From: Candidatus Zhuqueibacterota bacterium | GTDB taxonomy: Bacteria > Zhuqueibacterota > Zhuqueibacteria > Thermofontimicrobiales > Thermofontimicrobiaceae | Length of the DNA stretch: 64,000 nucleotides | Assembly: GCA_049322915.1 (NCBI GenBank) | Contig: JBMOPW010000034.1 | Coordinates: forward strand, 188,858-252,857 | Direction of reading: 5' to 3' | Part shown: positions 63,472-64,000 of the stretch, one piece after another | Position numbering within the stretch: the first letter of the stretch is position 1 | Layout of the letters: every line of letters starts with the position of its first letter | Notes under the pieces: model-generated | Told to the model about the DNA's origin: nothing | Databases searched by the model: none | The model's input: only the letters and a program-made list of their open reading frames with translations | Translations under genes and position numbers: made by a program

Positions 63472-64000
63472 ATGAATGCAAAACCCAGATTCATTTTTGA
63501 CTCTGACGTCGAAAACAAAGCGATTGAAAAATCTGAACACGAGGCAATTTATCCCCCTACTGAAAAAATTCCTGTCATCATGGTGCCAAACTTTCCCACG
63601 TTAGGAAAGCTAGCTGCCATTCGCTTTTTAGAGTGGGTCCAAAAAAATCCCGGCGGGGTCATTTCCCTGCCGACGGGAAAAACGCCGGAGCATTTCATCA
63701 AGTGGGTCAGATACTACCTCAAGAATTGGGACAAAGAAGCGGTAAAAAAGGACCTTGAGTCATGGGGAATAAAAACAGAAACCCTGCCGGATATGAAAAG
63801 CCTTCACTTTGTCCAGATCGACGAATTCTACCCGATCAATCCGCAGCAACACAATAGCTTTTACCACTACATCAACAAATTTTACATCAAGGGATTCGGC
63901 CTCGATCGGTCCAAGTCCCTGCTCATCGATTGCTATAAAGTTGGTGTGCCCCAGGGCATGGCCATTGAGAAAATTTTTCCGGAGCAGAAAGTCAATCTGG
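63472..64000 (+). CDS. Glucosamine-6-phosphate deaminase/isomerase-like (NagB/SugarP_isomerase superfamily), N-terminal part, runs off the right edge
   Basis: Hand translation gives MNAKPRFIFDSDVENKAIEKSEHEAIYPPTEKIPVIMVPNFPTLGKLAAIRFLEWVQKNPGGVISLPTGKTPEHFIKWV...HFVQIDEFYPI. The frame is open to 64000. LPTGKTP and QIDEF match the NagB motifs. Confidence 0.6.
   Translation, partial: MNAKPRFIFDSDVENKAIEKSEHEAIYPPTEKIPVIMVPNFPTLGKLAAIRFLEWVQKNPGGVISLPTGKTPEHFIKWVRYYLKNWDKEAVKKDLESWGIKTETLPDMKSLHFVQIDEFYPINPQQHNSFYHYINKFYIKGFGLDRSKSLLIDCYKVGVPQGMAIEKIFPEQKVNL

Noticed and set aside
1-64000. Searched by eye for CRISPR arrays, tRNA/rRNA genes, integrases and transposases
   Set aside because: No regularly spaced direct repeats, no cloverleaf-like sequences in the intergenic regions, and no recombinase-like ORFs were found. 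The tRNA-T-arm-like CGGGATCGAAACCCG at ~35745 lacks the rest of a tRNA.

Overview
Gene-dense 64-kb window with about 55 CDS. I saw no rRNA, tRNA or CRISPR. It looks like an uncultivated Gram-negative anaerobe: TonB receptor, TolC, a FlgD/T9SS-like C-terminal sorting domain, several sigma-54 two-component systems, an [FeFe]-hydrogenase and an H+-PPase. That taxonomy is inference only.

Left to right:
- kdpB (partial) and kdpA.
- A 734-bp nested MITE-like repeat.
- nupC.
- A clearly AT-rich ~5-kb four-gene operon: dcm, then a MORC-like GHKL ATPase fused to a histidine-kinase core, then a receiver protein with an unrecognised ~240-aa C-terminal domain, then vsr. All four are translationally coupled.
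- An 11-kb minus-strand transporter run: APC, NSS plus a MetS-like micro-ORF, APC, TerC, K+-independent H+-PPase, DAACS, SSS.
- A second copy of the MITE-like repeat whose core is inverted relative to the first copy.
- A GH39-like hydrolase.
- A sigma-54-driven pair: an FN3/FlgD-like protein and a beta-barrel-SH3 protein.
- A hybrid HK, a DHp-only protein and an NtrC regulator.
- ttcA, a TPR protein and a PDZ protein.
- DUF456, an HK and an NtrC regulator.
- An orphan metal-binding SBP and an outer-membrane protein (OMP).
- A TM1266-like hydrogenase regulator and a TonB receptor.
- A hydABC [FeFe]-hydrogenase operon embedded in receiver/kinase genes.
- A pentapeptide protein and a STAS protein.
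- A MacAB-TolC-type efflux operon with Yip1.
- A URO-D family gene.
- A small Cys-motif gene cluster.
- A nagB-like gene (partial).

The best candidate for an undescribed system is the dcm / GHKL-HK / REC-X / vsr cassette at 4915-9891. Its organisation suggests a methylation-linked, phosphorelay-gated restriction or defence module.

Coordinates from the ORF track are exact. Coordinates I derived by hand (repeats, promoters, terminators, small ORFs, revised starts) may be off by 1-2 nt.
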